A stretch of 64,000 nt of DNA from Candidatus Omnitrophota bacterium (GTDB taxonomy: Bacteria > Omnitrophota > Gorgyraeia > Zapsychrales > Fredricksoniimonadaceae). Under the pieces are notes generated by a model that searched no databases, had not been told where the DNA came from, and saw only the letters and a program-made list of their open reading frames with translations. Each line of letters opens with the position of its first letter. Position 1 is the stretch's first letter. The translations under genes and the position numbers were made by a program. The stretch spans positions 1,285 through 65,284 of the forward strand of contig JADFXH010000006.1 of the NCBI GenBank assembly GCA_015233675.1, in the 5' to 3' direction. Below, piece by piece: positions 46,016 through 55,331 of the stretch.

Positions 46016-46471
46016 ATGTTCCGTAAATTCGTTGACGTCCTCAAAGAGGTGTTTTGGATCAAGCCCTCACCCAAGAAACGTAAATCCGCCCGCAGAAAGA
46101 TTGTCAAAAAATCTCCAGTTAAGAAAAAAATTATCAAGAAAATTCCCAAGCCGGCCGCCCAGCCTAAACTTAAGCCGCCGGCAGTAAAAAAGACGCTCAA
46201 AGGGGCCGTCAAGACCATCGATCCTGCCCTGATGCAGGTGGGGGAAATCACGCATTATTTTGACCGTATTAAAGTTTGTGTGGTTAAATTAACTGAAGGG
46301 TCGGTCTTGATCGGCGACAAGCTGACAATATTGGGGGCCAAAACAAAATTTGTTCAGAAAGTCTGGTCAATGCAAATTGAGAGCAATGATGTCAAGGTTG
46401 CCAAAAAGGGCCAGCTTATCGGCCTTAAAGTGGATAAAATTGTAACTGTAGGGGATAAGGTATACAAGTGA
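46016..46471 (+). CDS. Lys/Pro-rich basic N-terminal tail fused to an EF-Tu domain-2-like beta-barrel
   Basis: The tail reads KKRKSARRKIVKKSPVKKKIIKKIPKPAAQPKLKPPAVKK. It is followed by GEITHYFDRIKVCVVKL..GSVLIGDKLTILG...IGLKVD..VTVGDKVY. Confidence 0.45.
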   Translation: MFRKFVDVLKEVFWIKPSPKKRKSARRKIVKKSPVKKKIIKKIPKPAAQPKLKPPAVKKTLKGAVKTIDPALMQVGEITHYFDRIKVCVVKLTEGSVLIGDKLTILGAKTKFVQKVWSMQIESNDVKVAKKGQLIGLKVDKIVTVGDKVYK

Positions 46472-46525
46472 CACGAGGAAACTGCTTTTCTTGCTGTATT
46501 TAAGGGGATGTGGTATATTGGAACT

Positions 46526-46939
46526 ATGAGAGATTCTAAGGGTCAAAATTTGATGGAATATGTATTGCTTGCCACCGCAGTCATTTTGGTCAGCATTTAT
46601 TTTCTTACAAACGGCTCTATGTCGCAAAGCGTCTCTAGCAGCCTTGGCAGCATAGTTAAAGAGATAGATAATGTTAACGGAGAAATTCAGTTTAATTCAT
46701 CGGTTACTCCGGCTCAGTCTCAGACTCCGACTAAGGCTGATACTCCGAATCAGCCCTCAACTCCTCCTGTGACTCCGCCGCCATGTGTCAGCTCTTGTTC
46801 TGGTAAAAAATGCGGTCAAGATGATGGATGCGGCTCCCAATGCAGAGTGCAAACCTGCTCCTGGCCACAACGATGTATGTCGAGTCCGGATAATTCGCAA
46901 GCGAAATGTTGTGTTTTTGGAGTATGCGTGTGGCAATAA
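46526..46939 (+). CDS. Flp / class III signal-type prepilin-like protein with Cys-rich C-terminus
   Basis: MRDSKG/QNLMEYVLLATAVILV matches G-x4-EY. A Thr/Pro/Gln linker follows, and the last 48 aa hold 10 Cys (PPPCVSSCSGKKCGQDDGCGSQCRVQTC...CCVFGVCVWQ). ORF-track start 46508 is the alternative. Confidence 0.6.
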   Translation: MRDSKGQNLMEYVLLATAVILVSIYFLTNGSMSQSVSSSLGSIVKEIDNVNGEIQFNSSVTPAQSQTPTKADTPNQPSTPPVTPPPCVSSCSGKKCGQDDGCGSQCRVQTCSWPQRCMSSPDNSQAKCCVFGVCVWQ

Positions 46940-46950
46940 TTGCTTATTAA

Positions 46951-47181
46951 TTATTTATATTTCTTCGCGTCTTCTATTTTCTGTTTCATGTCTTCCATCA
47001 ATTTTTTTCGTTTTTCCTCGGTGTCCTGGATGGTTTGCTGTTCCTGGGATTTGATTTCAGAAGAATCCGTGGCGGCAGGGGTGTTCGTGAAAGCTTTTGA
47101 AAATCCACCGATGGCTCCGAGAAAAATACCTATAGCCCAGAGACCGGCAAAAGCAATGATAATGATGATTCCTATATTCAT
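46951..47181 (-). CDS. Small membrane protein with charged C-terminal helix
   Basis: MNIGIIIIIAFAGLWAIGIFLGAIGG followed by EEKRKKLMEDMKQKIEDAKKYK. ORF-track start 47208 is the alternative. Confidence 0.4.
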   Translation of the reverse strand: MNIGIIIIIAFAGLWAIGIFLGAIGGFSKAFTNTPAATDSSEIKSQEQQTIQDTEEKRKKLMEDMKQKIEDAKKYK

Positions 47182-47206
47182 ATAAATAGTATATAATAAA
47201 AAATAC

Positions 47207-47740
47207 ATGAATAGAATATTGTTTTTAGTTTTATCCTTTTTTTATTTTTTGGGCACCCAGGCTGTCGGGGCGATCGAAATTTATGCCAACGGCTATAAAT
47301 ACGATTCTTTGCCCGAGTATCAATCATCAAAATCAAACGCTGCTAAGCTCTCCACTGTAACAACAACGGCGTTAAAAAATCAACAGGATGATTATATCCG
47401 GCAAGAGTCAAAAAGATTGGGAATTAATACGGACTTTAGCAAGATCAAAACATTTCAAATAAAACAAAAAAATGTTTCTGATTCAACCTTGCATAAATTA
47501 TATGTACTGAGTGTTGAAAAAGGAATAGCCTCCGCTTTGAGGGAATTTTATCAGACCCGGGCAGAGTCTGATTTTCAGATACCGCGCAATATATCTGCGG
47601 AGCAATTGCAGGGGGCCATTCAACAAGCTGTTACAACATCAAAAGGCCCTAAATTCCTGATTTCAGGACCCGGTAAGGTGCGCATTATGGCCCTGACTGC
47701 GGATGATACCCAGCAACAGAGAGTATACGAGGGCCATTGA
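47207..47740 (+). CDS. Secreted hypothetical protein
   Basis: Signal-peptide-like MNRILFLVLSFFYFLGTQAVGA. No family recognised. Confidence 0.4.
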   Translation: MNRILFLVLSFFYFLGTQAVGAIEIYANGYKYDSLPEYQSSKSNAAKLSTVTTTALKNQQDDYIRQESKRLGINTDFSKIKTFQIKQKNVSDSTLHKLYVLSVEKGIASALREFYQTRAESDFQIPRNISAEQLQGAIQQAVTTSKGPKFLISGPGKVRIMALTADDTQQQRVYEGH

Positions 47741-47746
47741 CTTCAT

Positions 47747-47812
47747 GTTTAGCGCGAAGAATCTTAAGATCCTTCGGCCATGCCTCAGTATGACATCACG
47801 GTATGACATCAG
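47747..47812. repeat. Degenerate remnant of the GTTTAGCG MITE-like family
   Basis: gtttagcgcg followed by aagaatcttaagatccttcggcc...cctcagtatgac, which matches the terminus and the right-arm core of the 25068..25190 element. No second terminus is present. Confidence 0.45.
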
Positions 47813-47822
47813 TATGTTTTGC

Positions 47823-47851
47823 TTGACTATTAATGGTGCTGATTGTATAAT
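47823..47851 (+). promoter_or_regulatory. sigma70-type promoter of rpsO-pnp
   Basis: TTGACT (47823..47828), 17-nt spacer, TATAAT (47846..47851). Confidence 0.6.
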
Positions 47852-47880
47852 TTCAACTTCTTAAAGGTAAAATAAAGCAT

Positions 47881-47917
47881 AAGCGTAAAGACGCGCTTCC
47901 TTGCCATAAGGCAAGGA
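47881..47917 (+). promoter_or_regulatory. rpsO 5' leader hairpins (possible S15 autoregulatory element)
   Basis: aagcg/cgctt (47881..47885 with 47894..47898) and tccttgcc-ataa-ggcaagga (47898..47917), just upstream of RBS aaggaggg. Confidence 0.3.
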
Positions 47918-47940
47918 GAGTTAACAAGGAGGGTAGTCAG

Positions 47941-48210
47941 TTGGACAAGTTTAAAGAGAAAAAAACAGAGGTCATCAACCGTTTTAAGACCCACGCGAAG
48001 GACACCGGTTCAGCGCCGGTCCAGATAGCTGTATTGACGGAACAAATCAATTTACTCAACGAGCATTTTAAAACCCACAAGAAGGATTTCCATTCCCGCC
48101 GTGGCATGTTAATGCTCATCGGTAGGCGCCGCCGTATTTTGGATTATCTCCAAAAACAAGATCCCAAAAAATATGAAGAAACAATCAACAAGCTCGATTT
48201 ACGCAAGTAA
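47941..48210 (+). CDS. rpsO: 30S ribosomal protein S15
   Basis: [52 protein letters not shown] start. Confidence 0.9.
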   Translation: MDKFKEKKTEVINRFKTHAKDTGSAPVQIAVLTEQINLLNEHFKTHKKDFHSRRGMLMLIGRRRRILDYLQKQDPKKYEETINKLDLRK

Positions 48211-48239
48211 TTCTTCCGGGCAAAAGAAAGGGTCTTATT

Positions 48240-50348
48240 ATGGCACAAGTTCGTGTGGAAATTCCTTTTGGATCTTCCAATCTTATAATTGAATCAGGTA
48301 AAATTGCTAAACAAGCCAACGGAGCTGTCACGGTTTCCGTCGGCGGGACTGTTGTTTTGGCCACCGCCTGTATGGCTAAAAAACCCAGAGAAGGGATTGA
48401 TTTTTTCCCTTTGACGGTTGAGTATCAGGAAAAAACTTATTCTGCCGGCAGGATCCCGGGAGGTTTTTTTAAACGCGAAGGCCGTTCGACAGAACGTGAA
48501 ATCTTAGTATCTCGTTTGATTGACCGTTCGGTGCGTCCGTTATTTCCGGCCGGCTGTCTTAATGAAGTCCAGATCGTGGCCTCAGTGTTAAGCCATGACG
48601 GGGAAAATGACCCTGATATCCTGGCGATGATCGGCGCGTCAGCGGCTTTAATGGTCTCTGACATCCCTTATGACGGGCCTATCGGCGCTGCTCGTCTGTG
48701 CCTGATCAATGATGAATTGGTGGCTAACCCTTCATTTCTTGCCCGCAAGGAAAGCATCATGGACCTGGTGGTGGCAGGTTGGGGGGATGGCATCGTCATG
48801 ATTGAAGGTGAAGCTAATGAGGTCCCTGAAGCCCGTGTCCTGGAAGGTTTAAAAATGGCTTTAAAGGCCTTGCAGGCTTCCAAAGACGCTCAGGTACAGC
48901 TGGCCAAACAAATTGGGAAACCAAAAACTCAAATTCCGCTGCAAGCTGTTAATGCGGCTTTTGTCGCGAAGGTGCGCCAATTGGCCATAGGGCCTTTGAA
49001 TGAAGCATATACGAAAATCGCGGATAAATTGGAGCGTGAAGACGCGGTCAATGCTATATTTGAAAAATTGAGCGGGGATTTAAGCACCTTTGCTCAATTT
49101 AACACTGAAGAACATGAAATCAGCGCTTCTGATGTTGCCCTTCAGTTTGAGTCGCTGCAATATGAAGTCATCAGGAACAATGTTTTTGACAAAGGCATTC
49201 GGGCTGACGGACGTGGTTTAAAAGAAATCCGGCAGCTTGACGGTGAAGTAAGCGTCCTGCCCCGTACGCATGGCTCAGCCTTGTTTACCCGAGGGCAAAC
49301 CCAAAGCCTTGGCATTGTCACACTTGGCACCAAGGACGATGAGCAACTGGTTGAAGGGTTGGAAGAGACTAGTTATAAAACTTTTATGATGCATTATAAT
49401 TTCCCCTCTTTTAGCGTGGGTGAAACCAAGCCTATGCGCGGTCCCGGCCGTCGTGAGATCGGCCACGGCGCATTGGCTGCCAAGGCTATTAAAGCGATCC
49501 TTCCGACCAAGAATGATTTTCCATATACAATCCGCGTGGTTTCGGAAATTTTAGAATCTAACGGTTCTTCATCCATGGCCTCGGTGTGCGCCGGATGTTT
49601 GGCGTTGATGGATGCGGGAGTTCCCATAAAAGCCCCCGTGGCTGGCATTTCCATCGGGCTTATATCCGATGAGAAACGGACGGTCTTGATTACGGATATT
49701 ATGGGACTGGAAGACCATTTCGGGGACATGGATTTCAAAGTGGCGGGTTCCCGGGAGGGTGTCAATGCTATTCAGTTGGACCTTAAAATCAAACAATTGT
49801 CTATTGATCTGCTAGAAAAGGCGATAGCTCAGGCGAGAGAGGCACGCATGATCATTTTAGACAAAATGCATGCTGTAATGCCTGCTGCACGCGCGGAACT
49901 GTCTCTTTATGCGCCGCGTATAATTACCCTGCAGATATCCCAGGAAAAAATCGGCGAGGTCATAGGGCCCGGCGGTAAGACTATCCGCAGGATGATCGAA
50001 GAAAGCGGTGTTTCTTCCATCGACATTGAAGAAGACGGCAAGGTGATCGTGGCGTCTCCTGATAAAGATGCTTTGGATATAGCCGTTGGCATGATAAAAG
50101 CTTTGACCGAAGAACCGGAAATTGGTAAAATTTACGAAGCGACCGTCAAGAGAGTCATGAATTTCGGCGCTTTTGTTGAATTTATACCCGGACGTGAAGG
50201 CTTGGTTCATGTTTCCGAGCTTGCGAATAAGTTTGTTAAAGATGTTAACGATGTCATCAAGGTCGGCGATAAATTTAAAGTCAAGCTCATGGAAAAAGAC
50301 GAGATGGGCCGCTTTAACCTGAGCAAAAAACAAGCCGAATTGGAATGA
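48240..50348 (+). CDS. pnp: Polyribonucleotide nucleotidyltransferase (PNPase)
   Basis: 702 aa with two RNase PH-like halves plus KH (IGEVIGPGGKTIR) and S1 (GKIYEATVKRVMNFGAFVEF) domains. Confidence 0.95.
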   Translation: MAQVRVEIPFGSSNLIIESGKIAKQANGAVTVSVGGTVVLATACMAKKPREGIDFFPLTVEYQEKTYSAGRIPGGFFKREGRSTEREILVSRLIDRSVRPLFPAGCLNEVQIVASVLSHDGENDPDILAMIGASAALMVSDIPYDGPIGAARLCLINDELVANPSFLARKESIMDLVVAGWGDGIVMIEGEANEVPEARVLEGLKMALKALQASKDAQVQLAKQIGKPKTQIPLQAVNAAFVAKVRQLAIGPLNEAYTKIADKLEREDAVNAIFEKLSGDLSTFAQFNTEEHEISASDVALQFESLQYEVIRNNVFDKGIRADGRGLKEIRQLDGEVSVLPRTHGSALFTRGQTQSLGIVTLGTKDDEQLVEGLEETSYKTFMMHYNFPSFSVGETKPMRGPGRREIGHGALAAKAIKAILPTKNDFPYTIRVVSEILESNGSSSMASVCAGCLALMDAGVPIKAPVAGISIGLISDEKRTVLITDIMGLEDHFGDMDFKVAGSREGVNAIQLDLKIKQLSIDLLEKAIAQAREARMIILDKMHAVMPAARAELSLYAPRIITLQISQEKIGEVIGPGGKTIRRMIEESGVSSIDIEEDGKVIVASPDKDALDIAVGMIKALTEEPEIGKIYEATVKRVMNFGAFVEFIPGREGLVHVSELANKFVKDVNDVIKVGDKFKVKLMEKDEMGRFNLSKKQAELE

Positions 50349-50367
50349 CAAACAAAAGGCTTAAGGG

Positions 50368-52596
50368 ATGAAGCTTGAACATCTCAATGAGATCAAGGGC
50401 ATTGTGATTTTGGCCTTAAGCCTCATTCTTTTGGCTAGCCTGCTATCCTTTACCCCGACGGACCTGTCTTGGTTTACTTCTAAACCGAATATTCATGTGC
50501 ATAATTGGATCGGAATTGCCGGCGCTTACTCTGCCGGCCTCTTTTTTTTCCTGATAGGGTATAGCGCCTATTTTTTGGTGGGTATCGGCGTATTTTTTAG
50601 CTGGAATAAATTCACCTCCCGAGATTTGCCGTTTAATTTTTTTAAATTCCTGAGCATCCTGATTTTATTTGCCGTTACGGCAGGCTTGTTTAGTTTTTTT
50701 GCCGGTGATAACGGCTCAGCCCGTTTTACGAACGGGGGAGTCATCGGTGTTGTCTTTAGCGGGTTTTTGGTCGGGTATTTTCAGCCTATGGGAGCTTTTA
50801 TCATATTGTTTACCCTGGGCGCGTTAACATTGGTTGTCACCGGTGAATTTTTAGTTTCTCCTTTTTTTATATGGCTAGGGAAAGGCATTTATCGGATTTT
50901 TCAAAGGATTTTCAAAAGTGTTCCTATACTCCCTGTTGCTTCCCGTTTGCCTGCTAAGGCCAGGGAAAGTGAAGATCAGGATGCTTCGGCTGGTATCGTC
51001 CAGAATGACAAGAAAAATGAGAAATTTAAAAGCCCCGCGCTCTCCAAAGCTGTGGAACTCAAGCCCGCACCGGTGGCAGTTAAGCCTAATATCCATATTG
51101 TAGCTGCCCCGAAAACTGAAAGCACGGCTGATGTCCCTAAGACCCCTAAAACGATAGGGGAATATCATTTGCCGAGCATGGATTTACTTAAGGACCCTCC
51201 CAAGGTCTCAGATGATAAAATTCAGGAGAGGCTTGAGAGCGAGGCAAAAATATTGGAAGAGACCTTGAGCGATTTTGGGGTCAATGTCAAAGTGGTGGAC
51301 ATCGAGCGGGGCCCTGTGATCACCCGTTATGAATTACAGCCTGCGCCGGGTGTCAAGGTCCAGAGCATTGCCAACCTGGCCAATGATTTAGCAATGGCTT
51401 TAAGCGCTTCGGCCGTACGTATTTTAGCCCCTATTCCCGGTAAAAATAGAGTGGGCATTGAAGTCCCTAATGGATCTTCAGCCGCGGTATTTTTAAAAGA
51501 TGTCATGTTCCAAAAACGTTCAGGCCATACTGATTCAAAATTAGATTTGGCAATCGGCAAAGACACTTCCGGCCATTCGATCGTGACTGATCTGGCAGAT
51601 ATGCCGCATTTATTGATTGCAGGAACGACAGGGTCAGGTAAAACAGTTTGTTTAAACAGTTTGATCATGTCTATTCTATTTAATGCTTCACCATCGGAAG
51701 TTAAATTCATCATGATTGATCCCAAGATGGTGGAGATGATCCCCTACAATGATTTACCGCATTTGCTTTGTCCGGTAATTACCGACGCTAAGAAAGTTTC
51801 ACCGGCACTTAATTGGATTGTGATGGAGATGGAATCCCGTTATAAATTGTTTAACAAGGAAGCCGTGCGAAATATTAAAGGCTATCACGCGAAAGGCCTT
51901 TTGTTGCCTTATATTGTTGTGGTGGTTGATGAGCTAGCGGACCTGATGCAGGTTTCTGCTAAAACAGTCGAAGGGGCTATTACCAGGTTAGCACAGCTGG
52001 CACGTGCTGTTGGTATTCATTTGATCTTAGCTACCCAACGCCCGTCTGTAGATGTCATAACAGGCGTCATCAAGGCTAATTTCCCTTCAAGAATATCTTT
52101 TAAAGTCGCCTCCAAGGTAGATTCACGTACCGTTTTGGATACCAATGGCGCGGAGACGCTCTTGGGCAAGGGGGATTTCCTTTTTATGAAAACGGGCGAC
52201 CCTAAGCCTATACGCGGGCAATGTTGTTATGTGTCAGATGAAGAGATCAATCAGGTCATTGATTTTATTAAAAAGCAGGGTCAGCCGGAGTATAATGAAA
52301 GTGTCCTTAAGGTCCAGCCATCTGCAGGGATGGGGGGCAACGAAGAAAAAGATGAAATGTATGATGAAGCCGTACGCGTGGTCATTGAAACTAATCAGGC
52401 TTCGGTCACGATTTTACAACGGCGTCTGCGCTTGGGATATGGCAGGGCCGCACGGTTGGTTGATATGATGGAGCAAAACGGGATTGTAGGCCCTTATGCA
52501 GGCAGCAAGGCCAGGGATATTTTAGTGGACCGCGAAAAATGGCTTTTGGAGAATATGGGAGAAGTGAATAGCAATGCCAGCGACAGACAGCAATAA
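50368..52596 (+). CDS. ftsK: DNA translocase FtsK
   Basis: N-terminal TM helices, a linker, Walker A LIAGTTGSGKTVCLNS, VVVVDELADLM, and a C-terminal gamma winged helix (ASVTILQRRLRLGYGRAARLVDMME). Confidence 0.9.
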   Translation: MKLEHLNEIKGIVILALSLILLASLLSFTPTDLSWFTSKPNIHVHNWIGIAGAYSAGLFFFLIGYSAYFLVGIGVFFSWNKFTSRDLPFNFFKFLSILILFAVTAGLFSFFAGDNGSARFTNGGVIGVVFSGFLVGYFQPMGAFIILFTLGALTLVVTGEFLVSPFFIWLGKGIYRIFQRIFKSVPILPVASRLPAKARESEDQDASAGIVQNDKKNEKFKSPALSKAVELKPAPVAVKPNIHIVAAPKTESTADVPKTPKTIGEYHLPSMDLLKDPPKVSDDKIQERLESEAKILEETLSDFGVNVKVVDIERGPVITRYELQPAPGVKVQSIANLANDLAMALSASAVRILAPIPGKNRVGIEVPNGSSAAVFLKDVMFQKRSGHTDSKLDLAIGKDTSGHSIVTDLADMPHLLIAGTTGSGKTVCLNSLIMSILFNASPSEVKFIMIDPKMVEMIPYNDLPHLLCPVITDAKKVSPALNWIVMEMESRYKLFNKEAVRNIKGYHAKGLLLPYIVVVVDELADLMQVSAKTVEGAITRLAQLARAVGIHLILATQRPSVDVITGVIKANFPSRISFKVASKVDSRTVLDTNGAETLLGKGDFLFMKTGDPKPIRGQCCYVSDEEINQVIDFIKKQGQPEYNESVLKVQPSAGMGGNEEKDEMYDEAVRVVIETNQASVTILQRRLRLGYGRAARLVDMMEQNGIVGPYAGSKARDILVDREKWLLENMGEVNSNASDRQQ

Positions 52597-53431
52597 CGCC
52601 AAGCCTTCTGTTTTAAAAAGTACGCGTCAAGCCAAAGGTTTGACTCTTGAGGTCGTGCACGAGGCCACAAAAATCCCAATGGACGCTCTTCGGGCCATTG
52701 AAGACGGTTACTCCGTGCGCATTTTATCGCCTTTTTATTATCGTGGTTTTATTAAAATTTACTCGGAATTTTTAGGTTTAAATGTCGGGGAGATGTATAA
52801 GCAGTATGGCATTGATACAGCGCCTCCTAAGGCGGACGCATCTGTGAAGACGCCGGTTAAGCCCGCTCGAAAACCGCCGGCGCAGTCTAATATGGCTATA
52901 GAACAAATGCAGGAATGGTTTTCAGCTATATTAAAACCCGGGAATGTTAAACTGTTTTTTAAAGTTATTGTTTTTTTATTTTTATCTTTTTTGCTTTTCA
53001 AGACGGCAGGTTGTGTTGTTTCACACATGAATAAAAAAGCAGTACATCCAAAGCAATCAGTCATTTGGAAAGAGAAGAGAGTCGAAATTAATAAGGACGT
53101 CCAGGAGGAAAAAAGAGCATCTCCCCCTCAGGAAATTAAACATGAAGTCCTGCCGGTCCAAAGTGAGAACAATAAAGTCGAGCTAGCGGTCCGGGCTATC
53201 AGGAACACCTGGATCCAAGTCAGGCAGGATGGCCAGGTTGTTTTTCAAATGACCCTTAACAAAGGCTCTATGGAAAGCTGGAGTGCGGAGAATCGTATTG
53301 AGTTGTCAGGCAAGAACATTGACCAGCTGGATATGGAAGTCAACGGCAAGCATATCGGTTCTTTAGGCGGCGGTGAACACAGGATCAGAAAAGTTGTCAT
53401 TACCCGGGAAGGATTGACGGTAAAGAAGTGA
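52574..53431 (+). CDS. rodZ: RodZ-like cytoskeleton protein (HTH + TM + DUF4115-like)
   Basis: LKSTRQAKGLTLEVVHEATKIPMDALRAIEDG, a central TM helix, and a C-terminal beta domain (WIQVRQDGQVVFQMTLNKG...). Confidence 0.65.
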   Translation: MPATDSNNAKPSVLKSTRQAKGLTLEVVHEATKIPMDALRAIEDGYSVRILSPFYYRGFIKIYSEFLGLNVGEMYKQYGIDTAPPKADASVKTPVKPARKPPAQSNMAIEQMQEWFSAILKPGNVKLFFKVIVFLFLSFLLFKTAGCVVSHMNKKAVHPKQSVIWKEKRVEINKDVQEEKRASPPQEIKHEVLPVQSENNKVELAVRAIRNTWIQVRQDGQVVFQMTLNKGSMESWSAENRIELSGKNIDQLDMEVNGKHIGSLGGGEHRIRKVVITREGLTVKK

Positions 53432-54759
53432 AACCGAAGATGGATTTACACAAGGAGCGCATAGGCGCCGGCCAGAAGGTCGGCGTTATTAATTTAGGTT
53501 GTGCCCGTAACTTGGTGGATGCGCAGATGTTGTTAGGCCGATTAAAGAGGCAAGGCCAGCGTATAGTTGCGGCTCCAGAAGCCCAAACAGTAATCGTCAA
53601 CACCTGTTCTTTTATCGAAGATGCCCGCAAAGAATCTATTGATACCATCCTTGATCTTATTGAACTTAAAAAAGAAGGTAAGATTAAAAAAGTGATTGTT
53701 GCCGGATGCCTGGCCCAGCGCTACGGCAAAGATTTAGCTAAGGAATTTAGCGCCGTTGATGCTTTTGTCGGGGTCCCCTCCCTTGATCGTGATAATAATC
53801 CGGCGCAGGTGCAGTTGACGCCTAAACATTTTGCCTATGTCAAAATTTGCGAAAGCTGTTTTAATGTTTGTTCGTTTTGCGCCATTCCCAAAATAAAAGG
53901 CAAGTTTATTTCACGCACTATTGAGTCCGTCGTTAAAGAAGTCAAGGCCTTAGACGCCCAGGGAGTTAAAGAAATTAATATCATCGGCCAGGACATTACA
54001 GCTTATGGGTTGGATATTTACCGTCAGAAATCCTTGGCGCGCCTGCTTAAGGAGCTGGCGGGTGTTATAAAGAACATTGAGTGGATACGTTTATTATACG
54101 CGTTTCCTGCTCATGTGAGTGACGAGCTCATTGAAGTGATAGCCCAAGAGCCCAGGATTTGCAAATACATCGATATGCCTTTACAGCATATCAGTGATCA
54201 TATCCTGCTTGAGCAAAATCGTAATATCACCACAGAACAGACAATCCAATTAATTAGAAAAATCCGACGTGCTATTCCTCATGGATTTGTGCGTACGACT
54301 TTTATAACGGGCCTTCCCGGAGAAACCAGGGAAGATTTCGAGGAATTAAGGGCCTTTGTTAAGGATTTCCGTTTTGAGCGCGCGGGAGTATTTGTGTATT
54401 CAAAAGAAGAAGGGACTTTGGCCGCGGGTATGAAGAAGCAGGTACCCGAAAAGGTCAAAAAAGCCCGTCTGGATGCTTTGATGCAGGACCAAAAAGCTGT
54501 TGCCATGGAAATTCAGCAGTCTTTGGTGGGGCGCCACCTTAAAGTTCTAATTGAAGAGAAAGAAAACATCCCTTCTCTAGTTCATAAACAGGAGCCTAAG
54601 GCAAGTTATAAAACTTATATCGGGCGAAGTGAGTATGATGCTCCTGATGTGGATGGGGTGGTGTATGTTCGCTCAGAAGTACCGTTGAAAGCCGGAGATT
54701 TTATCCAGGTGATGATCACGGATGCGTATGAATATGATTTAGCCGGAGTCGTAGAATGA
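53428..54759 (+). CDS. rimO: Ribosomal protein S12 methylthiotransferase RimO
   Basis: N-terminal INLGCARNLVDAQMLLGRL (MTTase domain), rSAM motif CESCFNVCSFCAIP, C-terminal TRAM (GDFIQVMITDAYEYDLAG). Confidence 0.8.
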   Translation: MKPKMDLHKERIGAGQKVGVINLGCARNLVDAQMLLGRLKRQGQRIVAAPEAQTVIVNTCSFIEDARKESIDTILDLIELKKEGKIKKVIVAGCLAQRYGKDLAKEFSAVDAFVGVPSLDRDNNPAQVQLTPKHFAYVKICESCFNVCSFCAIPKIKGKFISRTIESVVKEVKALDAQGVKEINIIGQDITAYGLDIYRQKSLARLLKELAGVIKNIEWIRLLYAFPAHVSDELIEVIAQEPRICKYIDMPLQHISDHILLEQNRNITTEQTIQLIRKIRRAIPHGFVRTTFITGLPGETREDFEELRAFVKDFRFERAGVFVYSKEEGTLAAGMKKQVPEKVKKARLDALMQDQKAVAMEIQQSLVGRHLKVLIEEKENIPSLVHKQEPKASYKTYIGRSEYDAPDVDGVVYVRSEVPLKAGDFIQVMITDAYEYDLAGVVE

Positions 54760-55331
54760 ATTTGCCGAATGTTTTAACTCTTTCACGTATTTTTTTTGCC
54801 GGAGTCCTGGTCTTTCTTCTGGAAGGCCGCTCGTCAACAGGTAATATTTTGGCGGTTATCGTATTTGCGATCGCCTCCTTCACAGATTTTTATGATGGCC
54901 ATTTAGCCAAAAAAAGGGGATTGGTCAGTGATTTTGGGAAAATCATGGATCCGGTTGCCGATAAGATATTGCTTTTATCCGTTTTTGGGGTCTTGGCCCA
55001 TATCGCCAGGATTGAATGGTGGATGTTTATCGTGATTGCTATCCGTGAAATACTAGTGACCCTATCGAGGCTTTGGGCCATGCGTCACGGGCAAGTAATA
55101 GCCGCAGAACGTGCCGGCAAGATCAAGACCGTTGTCCAAATCATTGCCGTATCCTCGATTTTACTGTATCTGGCGGCCCAACAATCGGATTATTATTCTT
55201 CCTGGTTTTATAATTTTCAAAGCATATGGCTTGGTGTAAATCATGCCTTGATGCTTGTCGCGGTAATCTTGACGATATATTCCGGCATAGAATATTTCCG
55301 TAATAAATCAAAGATAGGGGTAGTAAAGTGA
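54756..55331 (+). CDS. pgsA: CDP-diacylglycerol--glycerol-3-phosphate 3-phosphatidyltransferase
   Basis: CDP-alcohol phosphotransferase motif DFYDGHLAKKRGLVSDFGKIMDPVADK. Confidence 0.85.
   Translation: MNLPNVLTLSRIFFAGVLVFLLEGRSSTGNILAVIVFAIASFTDFYDGHLAKKRGLVSDFGKIMDPVADKILLLSVFGVLAHIARIEWWMFIVIAIREILVTLSRLWAMRHGQVIAAERAGKIKTVVQIIAVSSILLYLAAQQSDYYSSWFYNFQSIWLGVNHALMLVAVILTIYSGIEYFRNKSKIGVVK

Noticed and set aside
47206-47209. Overlapping divergent start codons (CATG) of 47207..47740 and the minus-strand ORF 46951..47208
   Set aside because: The minus-strand gene more plausibly starts at ATG 47181 (MNIGIII...). That leaves a normal 25-bp AT-rich divergent spacer.
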